Assembly: GCA_042217585.1 (NCBI GenBank)
Contig: JBDGSJ010000003.1
Location: forward strand, 1-31,976
Source of the DNA: Candidatus Nanohaloarchaea archaeon
GTDB lineage: Archaea; Nanohalarchaeota; Nanosalinia; Nanosalinales; Nanosalinaceae
Reading direction: 5' to 3'
Length of the DNA: 31,976 nt
This document shows positions 9,081 through 18,255 of this stretch, piece by piece. Each line of letters starts with the position of its first letter. Position 1 is the first letter of the stretch. The notes beneath the pieces were generated by a model. That model was not told the DNA's origin, did not search any database, and saw only the letters and a list, made by a program, of their open reading frames with translations. A program made the position numbers and the translations under genes.

Positions 9081-10250
9081 TTACCTTCTTCTCCAGTAGA
9101 TTATCCCTGCGATCAGGAGTACCACCACGACCGCCGCCGGGAGAAGCATGCCGCCTCCTCCCTGGGAGTAGATCTCTCTCTCCTGCGGCGTCAGGACGTT
9201 TATCTCGGCGGTCCTCTTCACCGTCTTCTCCATCCCGTCCTTCTTGTACGTAATCTGGACAGGGATCTGGGCCGAGGAGATGTTCTCGGAGGCGTAGACC
9301 TCGAGTTCAGCGGTCTGATAGTCGTCGGGATTCATGTCCCCGAGGTAGACGCTCTTACCGGAGAGTATCCTGTAACCTTTCGCATCCCGGAACTCGATCT
9401 TCGTGAACTTCGCTGTTCCCTGACCCCTGTTGACGAACCTGAAGGTCACTGTACCTGTAGAGCCAGAAGGTATGTCTCCGCCGCTGTTCACTCCCATCTC
9501 TATCTCGGGCTCGCCCCCGACGACTATACCCGTCGACGCCGTCCTGGTGATCGTCTGGCCTGCGTTCTCGTAGGTGAGCTCTATCGGGATGCTGTACACC
9601 CCGTTTTCCGCGGAACCGTCGACGCTCAGGTGGAACGATACCGATTTCTCTTCACCGGGCCTGATCCTCTCCACCTGGCGGGATGAGACACCGTCCACTA
9701 CCGCGGGGACTCCCTTGCCCGGAGCCAGAGACACCTGGATATTGGTGTAGTGAGTGTTGGCCAGGTTCTCCAGCCTGAGAGTCATCTTGTTGCTCGTGCC
9801 CGGAGCAACCTTGTCCGGGAAGGTTACCTCCCCAACCACGAGTCCGTCCTTATCAGCCTCTACATCTACCGGGAGACGGTGTATCCTGCTTCCTGTACCG
9901 GTGGAGGTCCTGAACTTAAGGTATTCCTCGTCGTTCTCCAGTGCGTTCGGGTCCACCCTGAACTGCATCCTGAAAGTGTAGCTGTCTCCGGCCTCCATGG
10001 AGGCTATCCTCCAGCTCTTCCTCTCGTCCGGATCGACCGAGAAAGGATAGTTCTCCATGAAGCTCACGTTCACCTGTTCCGCATCCGACTGGGGCGCATC
10101 GTTTATCACCTTGAACTTGACCTCGGCATAGTTGCCCACCTCAAGCGGCTGGGGCGTCGTTGACATTTTTTCGACTGTTATCTGGGGGTTTGCTGTTGCC
10201 TGGCCCATGAAAAGAACCAGAAGGGTCGTAGCTATAGCGAGTTTTTTCAT
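9081..10250 (-). CDS. COG1361 S-layer-domain / Ig-like surface protein associated with the ABC transporter
   Basis: Signal peptide, repeated beta-rich domains (GVYSIPIELTYEN, YLGDMNPDD), C-terminal TM helix with RRR tail; typical context. Confidence 0.8.
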   Translation of the reverse strand: MKKLAIATTLLVLFMGQATANPQITVEKMSTTPQPLEVGNYAEVKFKVINDAPQSDAEQVNVSFMENYPFSVDPDERKSWRIASMEAGDSYTFRMQFRVDPNALENDEEYLKFRTSTGTGSRIHRLPVDVEADKDGLVVGEVTFPDKVAPGTSNKMTLRLENLANTHYTNIQVSLAPGKGVPAVVDGVSSRQVERIRPGEEKSVSFHLSVDGSAENGVYSIPIELTYENAGQTITRTASTGIVVGGEPEIEMGVNSGGDIPSGSTGTVTFRFVNRGQGTAKFTKIEFRDAKGYRILSGKSVYLGDMNPDDYQTAELEVYASENISSAQIPVQITYKKDGMEKTVKRTAEINVLTPQEREIYSQGGGGMLLPAAVVVVLLIAGIIYWRRR

Positions 10251-10260
10251 AGTACTGTTT

Positions 10261-10974
10261 TCACCTTTCTCCGTGGAAGTTAAGCTCGTAATCAGCTTCT
10301 TCCTTTTTCGATGTAGTTACGCCGTCCGTGATATCCACTATGTACTCCGCGTACTCCGCGTCGTGCGGATCATGGGTCACCATTATTATGGTTTTTCCGT
10401 CCTCGTTGAGGCTCTCTATGAGCTCCATCACCTGATCGCCGGTCTCGGTGTCGAGGTTCCCCGTGGGCTCGTCCGCCAGCAGAATATCGGGATCGTTCGC
10501 CAGCGCCCGGGCGATGGACACACGTTGCTGCTGTCCCCCCGAAAGCTCGGAGGGCATGTGGTCCAGCCTGTCTCCCAGACCGACCTTTTCAAGCAGGTCC
10601 CGGGAACGTTCCATCCTCTTCCCCCTGCTCTCGCCCCGGAAGAGCATCGGCAGAGCAACGTTCTCCTGGGCCGTCATAGAGGGTATAAGATTGAACTTCT
10701 GGAATATGAAACCGATCTTCCTGCTTCTCAGCAGCGCCAGTTCGTTCTCTGAAAGGTCCGAGAGGTCCTCATCACCCAGCGTCACCGTGCCCTCGGTCGG
10801 AACATCAAGCGCCCCTATCATGTTCATGAGCGTGGACTTCCCGGAGCCCGAGGGACCCATAACAGCGACAAAATCTCCGCTTTCAATCTCGAGGTCCGAA
10901 CCTCTCAGCGCCTTCACAGTGTTCTCTCCCATCTGGTACTCCTTGACCACGTTTTCAAGCTCGATAAGCACCAT
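10261..10974 (-). CDS. ABC transporter ATP-binding protein (LolD/MacB type)
   Basis: GPSGSGKST, LSGGQQQRVSIARAL, LLADEPTGNLD, VTHD; start placed at ATG 10974 (MVLIEL). Confidence 0.95.
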   Translation of the reverse strand: MVLIELENVVKEYQMGENTVKALRGSDLEIESGDFVAVMGPSGSGKSTLMNMIGALDVPTEGTVTLGDEDLSDLSENELALLRSRKIGFIFQKFNLIPSMTAQENVALPMLFRGESRGKRMERSRDLLEKVGLGDRLDHMPSELSGGQQQRVSIARALANDPDILLADEPTGNLDTETGDQVMELIESLNEDGKTIIMVTHDPHDAEYAEYIVDITDGVTTSKKEEADYELNFHGER

Positions 10975-11018
10975 TCCTGTCAAGGTCTTTCCATGCATCA
11001 TTTATCAAACCTGTGGAA

Positions 11019-11040
11019 AAATTCGCCAGAAGGCGAATTT
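11019..11040. promoter_or_regulatory. Palindromic putative operator
   Basis: AAATTCGCC-agaa-GGCGAATTT perfect 9-bp inverted repeat between divergent ABC operon and regulator. Confidence 0.6.
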
Positions 11041-11085
11041 ACATCTTCTTTTTTATCTGTTCGCCAGCATACTGGAGATGTGAGG

Positions 11086-11607
11086 ATGGCGGAAAACAAT
11101 CAGGACCCGGAGGAAAAAGTAATCAGGGCCATGGAAGAGTCCGCAGAAGTCTATGGAATGCGGAAAAGCTATGCAAGAGTCTACGGAACCCTGTATTTCA
11201 GCCCCGGGGACCAGACAATGGACCAGATCGCCGAGGAAACGGGGTACTCAAAGTCAACAGTTTCCGAAGCACTCAACAAGCTTGAAGACGTTCACTTTGT
11301 CCACAGCAGGAAGAAAGAGGGTGAGGGGAAGACCCGTTTCTACACAGCCGAGGAGAACTTTGAGAAAGCGTTCAAGGAGTTCCTTGATGACCAGGTGTCC
11401 CGGGAGATGGACATCATGATGGACGCGATCGAGGACGCCCGGGAGGAGGCCATTGAAGGCTCCAGAACGGAGAGGAAGATAGAGAACCTAGAGAAGATGT
11501 ACAGGAGGTCCGAGAAAATCGTCACCCTTCTGAAGAAGATACCCACGGGCAGTAATTTTTCAGGACTTCTCGAACCTCTGAAAAAGGCGATAGGGAAGGG
11601 AGACTGA
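11086..11607 (+). CDS. GbsR/MarR-family winged-helix transcriptional regulator
   Basis: YGMRKSYARVYGTLYFS..TMDQIAEETGYSKSTVSEALNKL; start at ATG 11086 after a GAG-rich leader. Confidence 0.85.
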   Translation: MAENNQDPEEKVIRAMEESAEVYGMRKSYARVYGTLYFSPGDQTMDQIAEETGYSKSTVSEALNKLEDVHFVHSRKKEGEGKTRFYTAEENFEKAFKEFLDDQVSREMDIMMDAIEDAREEAIEGSRTERKIENLEKMYRRSEKIVTLLKKIPTGSNFSGLLEPLKKAIGKGD

Positions 11608-11608
11608 C

Positions 11609-12682
11609 TCAGCGCCGGAAAAGCGATCTGAGCTGGTCCAGGCTGAACAGAGTGGTCGGCCGGTCCATGTGGACCCCTATCTCTCCCTGGAACAGGCTCA
11701 TGCCTGTTTTCTGGACAGTAGTGGGCCATGAGTAGGACCTTTCTATCAGCTTCCCGAGTCTTATCTCGTCCAGGAGTTCAGCTCTCCATTCCTCCTCGTA
11801 CAGCTTCAGGGTAGAGGGATGGGAAGGATCAATCGTCTCCGCCGCGGTATCTGCCGACCTCATCCCGTAGAGGATTCCCCCGCCGGTGAACGGTTTGGTC
11901 TGTGCCGCGGCATCGCCCACGAGGAAAACCCTCTCCGAGGTTACGCTGTCCGGCGGGCCTATAGGTATCGCGCCTGCACAGAAATTCCTTCTCTCCCTGT
12001 CCTCGACGTACCGGCCCGTTATCTCTTTCAGCCATTTCCGGGGCGACTCTCCGCGCGGCACCGCGGCACCGTACTCGACGGAGTCGCCTCTCGGGATCCT
12101 CCAGCCGAAGAACTCCGGTACCCCTGTGAAGACATCCACGAAGTCCGAGGAGTCGTCCTCGTCCGTGAAGCAGAGTATTCCCTGGTAGAAGTGATCCGGT
12201 TCCGGCATTCCCAGCTCCGACCTGACGGTGGAACTGGCGCCGTCACAGCCCGCCACCATCTCCGCCGTGTAACTGTCCTCACCTGTCTCGACTGCCACGC
12301 AGTCCTCTCTTTCCTCGACCTTCTGGACTTCTTCGCCGAGGAAGTAATCCGCGCCGGATTCACGGGCCTGTTCGGCCTTCACCCTGTCCAGTTCGACCCG
12401 GTCTATCACGTAGGAAACCGGCTCCCCTTTCCGGTAGAACCGGTACTTTGAGTCTCTGTCGGGGTGGAAGCGCGCCCCGTTTATCTCGTTCTGGTAGAGG
12501 CGGTCTCTTTCGCCGTCAGGCACGAAGTCCCAGATGTCGGGGGAGACGTGACCCGAGCACGCGAGCGGTTTGCCGATTTCGCTGGACCGCTCTATCACTG
12601 CCACGTCCAGGCCCTTCTCCGAGAACCGGCGGGCGAGCTGGGAGCCGACAGGTCCGGCCCCCACGACTATGACATCTCTCAT
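11609..12682 (-). CDS. Geranylgeranyl reductase-family FAD oxidoreductase
   Basis: VVGAGPVG, ACSG, GCDGASS, FGWRIP, LVGDAAAQTKPFTGGGI. Confidence 0.88.
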   Translation of the reverse strand: MRDVIVVGAGPVGSQLARRFSEKGLDVAVIERSSEIGKPLACSGHVSPDIWDFVPDGERDRLYQNEINGARFHPDRDSKYRFYRKGEPVSYVIDRVELDRVKAEQARESGADYFLGEEVQKVEEREDCVAVETGEDSYTAEMVAGCDGASSTVRSELGMPEPDHFYQGILCFTDEDDSSDFVDVFTGVPEFFGWRIPRGDSVEYGAAVPRGESPRKWLKEITGRYVEDRERRNFCAGAIPIGPPDSVTSERVFLVGDAAAQTKPFTGGGILYGMRSADTAAETIDPSHPSTLKLYEEEWRAELLDEIRLGKLIERSYSWPTTVQKTGMSLFQGEIGVHMDRPTTLFSLDQLRSLFRR

Positions 12683-13774
12683 CTAGCCCACTACGCTGTC
12701 GATACTGTCCTGAAATGTGGAGTTTTGAGAGTCCGGGCCAGAGGTCGAACCTCCGTCCCGGGGGCTTCCGAGAAAGTTCCCGAACTCGCACTGCTGCATG
12801 GTCTGCCGGGATTTCTGGCCGTCGACCAGTATACCTGTCTGGAAACTGAAACCGCATTTTCTCGGGTTCGCGGGCAGCATCAGCTTCTGGCCCGCGAAGT
12901 CAAAGCCGAGCTGGAACTCCACGTAGCCGTCGGAGCTCTCATTATTCCTGACATGGGTGATGAACCAGTCCTCCACCTTCTCGTTGTCCATGTAGGTGTG
13001 GAATACGACATCCCTGGTCTCACCCGGCATTATCTCGGCGTCCTCAGGGTTCGAAACCCCGACCTCGTTTGCCTTCCAGTCCGCGACAGTAACGTTGTTC
13101 ATCGAGACCTCGCCCTCGAACTCGGGCGTCGGAATCGGATAACTGTTCGGGTTGTGGACCTCGAACACCGTCACTATACGCGTCCTGTTCTCAGTCACCT
13201 CTCCGAACCGGGCAGAGGCGTTCAATATTTCGATCCTGGTCCCGGTCGCGGCATGGCTGTACTCTCCCCGGGCCCCGGCCACGGCACGGTCCAGAATACT
13301 GTCCACGTCGGTCTCCACCGTGTCCGTGTATGTGAAGCTCTGGGACCAGAGACTCTTCCCGAACAGTCCGCCGCTCACGGTGACAGGTATCTCTATATCC
13401 GTTTTTTCTCCCTGCCGGACGTGGCTGGCCCACCACTCCGACATCTTCTCGATCTCTATACCGGTCCTTATCTCGATGGTTGTATTCCTGTTTGCCGGGA
13501 TACTGAGACCGGTCTTCGACCCGCTCGCGACCTCAACGCCGTTCATGTTTACTGTGTAGCTGGCTTTCAGTCCGGAAAGGCTCAGCCCTATCGGGTTGGG
13601 GTTGTGGACCCATGCAGAGGTCACTATCTCCACAGAATCATTTGAGACGTTCGACCAGTCACCCATGTCTTTCAGTCCGTAACCGGGTTTCTGGAAAGCT
13701 CCCGAGAAGTACGCGCCCCCGAGCACCAGTCCGATACCTGCGACGGCCGCAAGCAGTATCCTTCCAAGTTTCAT
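12683..13774 (-). CDS. LEA type 2 (WHy) domain protein, two domains, N-terminal membrane anchor
   Basis: Two VHNPN motifs followed by MN(G/N)V.VA; hydrophobic N-terminus from ATG 13774. Confidence 0.8.
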   Translation of the reverse strand: MKLGRILLAAVAGIGLVLGGAYFSGAFQKPGYGLKDMGDWSNVSNDSVEIVTSAWVHNPNPIGLSLSGLKASYTVNMNGVEVASGSKTGLSIPANRNTTIEIRTGIEIEKMSEWWASHVRQGEKTDIEIPVTVSGGLFGKSLWSQSFTYTDTVETDVDSILDRAVAGARGEYSHAATGTRIEILNASARFGEVTENRTRIVTVFEVHNPNSYPIPTPEFEGEVSMNNVTVADWKANEVGVSNPEDAEIMPGETRDVVFHTYMDNEKVEDWFITHVRNNESSDGYVEFQLGFDFAGQKLMLPANPRKCGFSFQTGILVDGQKSRQTMQQCEFGNFLGSPRDGGSTSGPDSQNSTFQDSIDSVVG

Positions 13775-13814
13775 AGGGAACGGACCGGTCTCGACTTTTA
13801 AGACGTTTCCTTTT

Positions 13815-14120
13815 TCAGAACCAGTCCGGCTCGGAGATCTTGATATCCCCGTGGACATCGGCCTGGCAGGAGAGCCGGAAAGGACCGTCCAGGACCTCTT
13901 CTCCCTGGAAACGCCTCAGGGTGTTTTTCTCGTCCTCCTGCATCTCCGAGAGGTTATCCATCCCCTCCTCGACCTTTACACGGCAGGTCGTGCAGTTGCA
14001 GAAGCCTCCACAGGCGTGCATCCACTCGACTCCGCCCTGGAGCAGAGCGTTGAGGATATCCTGGCCGTCCTCGGCTTCAACCTCTTCATCCCTGTCAACT
14101 ATCTCGATGGTGTGAGCCAT
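13815..14120 (-). CDS. [2Fe-2S] ferredoxin
   Basis: HACGGFCNCTTC...RLSCQ. Confidence 0.92.
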   Translation of the reverse strand: MAHTIEIVDRDEEVEAEDGQDILNALLQGGVEWMHACGGFCNCTTCRVKVEEGMDNLSEMQEDEKNTLRRFQGEEVLDGPFRLSCQADVHGDIKISEPDWF

Positions 14121-14128
14121 TATACCAC

Positions 14129-15382
14129 CTATATGACCCCGAGCGACATCAGCAATACCAGGAGCACGACGATCCAGACGCCGAGGGACCAGTAGTTCAC
14201 CACGCTTTCTGCGGCCTCACTCTCTCCTGTAAGCCTCTCGACAACGGTAGATACCATCTCTCCTCCGTCCAGAGGCCTCGCCGGAAGCATGTTGAACATC
14301 CCTATCCCTATGTTCAGTATCGCCACGGTGTGTAACATCGAGAGAAGCCACAGCAGCGATTCCCTGTAATCTGCGAGACCTCCCTTCAGGTTCTGTGTCT
14401 GCCCCACTCCTATACCTATCATGGCGCGCGTGTCATCGCCGTCCCCCATACCGAGGAGTTCGGCCATCTGGTTGAAGTAACCGGTCTTCTCCGGTGCCTG
14501 CTGCGCCGTGACCGTGAAGTTACCTTCGCTGGACCAGATTGATACGGTCTCGCCTGGCTCCAGGCCACCCGATATCTTCATGACATCCTGGACCGACTCT
14601 ATATCCGTCCCGTTTATCTCGTAGAGTGTCCCGTTACGCATTCCGGCCTCGTACGCCCCGGTCCCGTTGGACGCTACATAGTAGACATCCCCGGGAACCG
14701 TTATCGCGGAGGTCGCACCGACCGCGAGCAAAAGGAAGACTGCCGCGGTCAGGTAGTTTGCAAAGCTTCCAGCGCCAAGGACCTTGAGCCGGGATACCCA
14801 GTTGCCCTGGTCCCAGGGACCGTGGGAGTCCGGGTCCTCCTCCACGTCCTCAGACCCGGGAAGCATCTTCTCTCCCTTCGGCTCGACAAAAGCCCCTGGA
14901 AGAATCCCCAAGATGAACCAGCCGACAGAGTTTATCTCAAAGCCCTGAGACCGCGCGACTATACCGTGACTGAATTCGTGGACCACCATGATTATGGCGA
15001 TGCTGACCACCCAGTACTCGACCGGGATGAACGACGCGCCCGGGTTGAACTGGTTCTGTGAGACGAGTCCCGGAAGTATCAGCGACGGGCCGTTCGCAGC
15101 TCCGCCTCCTCCAGAGGAGACAGCCTGCTGGAAGAAGTAGACCATCTGGGAGGAGATGAAGGGTATGCTCAGGAAACCGGCGAAAACTGCCAGCCAGCCG
15201 TAGATGTTCCAGCCCCGGGGGGATATGGAGGTTATCCTGTCTATAAGTTTGACCCCTCGCTGGGTCCTCCTGAAGAAAAGTATCGAACTGCGGTTTATGT
15301 TGTCCCAGTCCCGGAAAAGCACGTAGCTTACGCCCAGGACCAGAGCCACAAGGAATGCCACGCGGGGCCAGAAAACTTCCAT
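14129..15382 (-). CDS. Site-2 protease (peptidase M50) with PDZ-like insert
   Basis: HEFSH, GAFVEP, AGSFAN, FNMLPARPLDGG, multiple TM segments. Confidence 0.92.
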   Translation of the reverse strand: MEVFWPRVAFLVALVLGVSYVLFRDWDNINRSSILFFRRTQRGVKLIDRITSISPRGWNIYGWLAVFAGFLSIPFISSQMVYFFQQAVSSGGGGAANGPSLILPGLVSQNQFNPGASFIPVEYWVVSIAIIMVVHEFSHGIVARSQGFEINSVGWFILGILPGAFVEPKGEKMLPGSEDVEEDPDSHGPWDQGNWVSRLKVLGAGSFANYLTAAVFLLLAVGATSAITVPGDVYYVASNGTGAYEAGMRNGTLYEINGTDIESVQDVMKISGGLEPGETVSIWSSEGNFTVTAQQAPEKTGYFNQMAELLGMGDGDDTRAMIGIGVGQTQNLKGGLADYRESLLWLLSMLHTVAILNIGIGMFNMLPARPLDGGEMVSTVVERLTGESEAAESVVNYWSLGVWIVVLLVLLMSLGVI

Positions 15383-15517
15383 ATCCTTTCAACAAAAACG
15401 GAGATTTAAAAACCGAACCGTGGCTGCGGGAAGTAAAATAAAAGGTTTCAGACGCAACCCATATCATGATTTCACGTAACAGTACTTCGAAATTCGCAGA
15501 AAAAGAGGTCTAAAATT

Positions 15518-17116
15518 ATGTCAGATCAACCATTATTCTGGGCCGACCAGCTGGCTTTCGGAGTGACGAGGAAGTTCCCGGACCAGGACGAGTACGTCGT
15601 CGCCTCGGGAATCTCGCCCTCCGGAATCGTCCACGCAGGAAACTTCAGGGAAATCATAACTTCAGACTTCGTGGCAAAGGCCCTGAAGAAGCGGGGAGAG
15701 GACGTCAGGTTCATCTACTCGTGGGATGACTACGACCGTTTCCGGAAGGTCCCGGCGAACGTCCCCGATGAATTCGAGAAGTATCTCGGCCTACCCGTCT
15801 CAAAGGTCCCGGACCCGGAGGGATGCCACGACTCGTACGCCGAACATTTCGAGGCCCGGCTCGAGGAAGAACTCGAGGACATGAAGATGGACATCGAGTT
15901 CATCAGGCAGACAGAGATGTTCGAGAACTGCGAGTACACGGACCTTATGAGACAGGCGATGCAGAACCGGGGAGAGGTAAAGGAGATACTTGACAGGTAC
16001 AGGCAGGAACCCAAGGAGACGCCCTACTACCCGCTCAGAGTGTACTGCAGTGAATGCGGGAAGGACTTCACAGAGGTCACGGACTACGACGGCGACACGA
16101 CAGTGGAGTACCACTGCGAGGAATGCGGCGAGACAAGAGAACTGGACTTTGCGGAGAACGACTCCGTGAAGCCGCCGTGGAGGATCGACTGGCCGATGCG
16201 CTGGAAGTACGAGGGCGTGGACTTCGAACCCGCCGGGAAGGAGCACTCCGCCGCGGGAGGCTCCCGCGACACAGGAAACGAACTCGCGGAACAGATATTC
16301 GACAAGGAACCGCCGGTCCACCAGATGTACGAATTCGTGACAAAGGATGGAAAGAAGATATCCTCCAGCAGCGGCGAGGACGTATTCACAATCTCCGACA
16401 TGAAAGAGGTCTACAGCCCGGAGATGATAAGGTTCCTGTTCTCCGAGACCAAGCCCAGCAAGGCGTTCTCCATACCTTTCGGCGAGGAGATACTTCAGAG
16501 ATACGAGAAGTTCGACGAGGTAGAGGACGCATACTTCAACCCGGACCGGGTGGAGAACGACCGGAAGAGGAAGCACTGGAGACGGGTCTACGAGATGGCG
16601 ATGGTCGACACCCCGGAGGAGCAGCCGGTGAGGGTCCCGTTCCAGCACGCCGCGTTTGTCGCACAGACCGTACCCGAGGATGAATGGGAGGACAAGGCGA
16701 TCGGCTCCCTGAAGAGGACCGACCATGTCCCTGAGGACATCGACGACAGAGGAGTTGAACAGGTACTGGACCGGCTTGAAAGGGCGAAGAACTGGGCCAG
16801 GAACCACGCACCGGAGGAGTACAGGTACGAGATCAACTTCGAGGTACCGGAAGAAGTTGCCGAAAATCTTTCAGAGGACCAGAGAGAGGCGATGCTCCTG
16901 CTGGCGGACCTCCTGGAAGAGAACTACAGCGACAGGGAGGAGCTTGATGGGGACATATTCGGCGTCAGGGATGAATCCGAGCTCGACACGGGAGAGTTCT
17001 TCGAGACCGCGTACAGGGTCCTCCTGTCCCGGGAGCAGGGACCCCGGCTCTCCACCCTGGTGATGTCGATCGGACAGGAGCAGGTCGCAGAGGTACTGAG
17101 GCAGGTCGATGAGTAG
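15518..17116 (+). CDS. lysS: Lysine--tRNA ligase, class I
   Basis: FWAD, SGISPSGIVHAGN, WDDYDRFRKVP, two CxxC motifs, WRIDWPMRW, KISSSSG, QGPRL. Confidence 0.97.
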   Translation: MSDQPLFWADQLAFGVTRKFPDQDEYVVASGISPSGIVHAGNFREIITSDFVAKALKKRGEDVRFIYSWDDYDRFRKVPANVPDEFEKYLGLPVSKVPDPEGCHDSYAEHFEARLEEELEDMKMDIEFIRQTEMFENCEYTDLMRQAMQNRGEVKEILDRYRQEPKETPYYPLRVYCSECGKDFTEVTDYDGDTTVEYHCEECGETRELDFAENDSVKPPWRIDWPMRWKYEGVDFEPAGKEHSAAGGSRDTGNELAEQIFDKEPPVHQMYEFVTKDGKKISSSSGEDVFTISDMKEVYSPEMIRFLFSETKPSKAFSIPFGEEILQRYEKFDEVEDAYFNPDRVENDRKRKHWRRVYEMAMVDTPEEQPVRVPFQHAAFVAQTVPEDEWEDKAIGSLKRTDHVPEDIDDRGVEQVLDRLERAKNWARNHAPEEYRYEINFEVPEEVAENLSEDQREAMLLLADLLEENYSDREELDGDIFGVRDESELDTGEFFETAYRVLLSREQGPRLSTLVMSIGQEQVAEVLRQVDE

Positions 17117-17714
17117 GTTCCGGTTCGTCGCCCTACAGTTCTGCCTCCTCCTCTCCATAATATTCTCCATACAGTTGTTCACAGGCTTCGATCCGTCCTT
17201 CGCACCCGGGGACCCCTGGTGGAAGTACTTCACATCCATACTGGGGCACGGAGGACCCGAACATCTCCTCAACAACCTCTTCTTCATAGGGCTCTTCGGA
17301 TCGATCTATGAGCGCCTGACCTCGGGAAGGACCTTCCTCCTCACATTCTTCTCTACGGCCCTTTTCGCCAACCTTTCCGCCTTCCTTTTCTACCCGGCCG
17401 GGATAATCGGGGCTTCAGGCGGCGGCACCGGGGTCCTCGCCGCCTTTGCCGCCTATCGACCCAACCACACGGGACTCGCGCTCGGGGTCCCGATGCCGAT
17501 GTGGGCTGTACTCGGGATATACGTGCTCATAAACTCCGCGGGGATGACGGCGGTCACGGGCACGGCGTATGCCGCTCACATGATGGGGATGGCAGCGGGA
17601 TTCGTCATCGGTTACAGGCTGAGGGACCGGCCTTATCTCGAATTTGAGGACCGGGAGGAGGACAGCTGGGAGCAGAAGATAAGACAATGGGAAGAAAAGT
17701 ACATGATGGACTAG
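17109..17714 (+). CDS. Rhomboid-family intramembrane serine protease
   Basis: H..HLLNN, GASG catalytic Ser, AHMMG catalytic His, TM helices. Confidence 0.9.
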   Translation: MSRFRFVALQFCLLLSIIFSIQLFTGFDPSFAPGDPWWKYFTSILGHGGPEHLLNNLFFIGLFGSIYERLTSGRTFLLTFFSTALFANLSAFLFYPAGIIGASGGGTGVLAAFAAYRPNHTGLALGVPMPMWAVLGIYVLINSAGMTAVTGTAYAAHMMGMAAGFVIGYRLRDRPYLEFEDREEDSWEQKIRQWEEKYMMD

Positions 17715-18217
17715 AGAGGGTTGAAATCCCTGCTCTGCCCTGTATCATCCGACTCATCCTCAAGCATGTCGTCGAGGTCCTTCTCCTCCTCTTCTTCCCC
17801 GTTTTCAGTTCGATCGCCCGCTTGCCCGCGGTCCTTCCGTTCACTGTCGGGAGCTCCCCGGTCCGCGGAGCGGTCGATCCCGCCTCTTTTACCGCTGCCG
17901 CCTCCTCGTTTCCCGGTTTCCCGGGCCTGATTTCCAGTTGAACCGTGATTCGAGCCGGTATCAGGTTGCCTGTTCTTCTGTCCCTTCCGGTCCCGTGGGG
18001 CCTGTCCCTCCCCGGAGCGGCGGTCCTCCTGTCTCCTCTCCTCTTGAGCCTCCTGAAGGCTTTCGATGTACTCCTCCGGATCAACACCGTTCTCCTTCAG
18101 GGCCTTCATGTGCCTCTGCAGCTGCGAATCGACTATCTGTAGAAGCCTCGTGAGCTCCTTCTTTTCATGCATTAGAGTTTCGACCGCACCCTTGTGTTTG
18201 CCTATCTCCTCTGACAT
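17711..18217 (-). CDS. Hypothetical protein: N-terminal coiled coil plus low-complexity tail
   Basis: ATG start, amphipathic helical N-terminus, G/R/Q/D/E-rich C-terminus; stop overlaps the rhomboid stop. Confidence 0.7.
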   Translation of the reverse strand: MSEEIGKHKGAVETLMHEKKELTRLLQIVDSQLQRHMKALKENGVDPEEYIESLQEAQEERRQEDRRSGEGQAPRDRKGQKNRQPDTGSNHGSTGNQARETGKRGGGSGKRGGIDRSADRGAPDSERKDRGQAGDRTENGEEEEEKDLDDMLEDESDDTGQSRDFNPL

Positions 18218-18255
18218 GGAACATTTGTTAGCGCCGACAGGTTATAACTCTGTCG

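Noticed and set aside
12464..13645. 393-aa plus-strand ORF
   Set aside because: Antisense shadow of the LEA_2 and GGR genes; no motifs
15800..16807. 335-aa minus-strand ORF
   Set aside because: Antisense shadow of lysS
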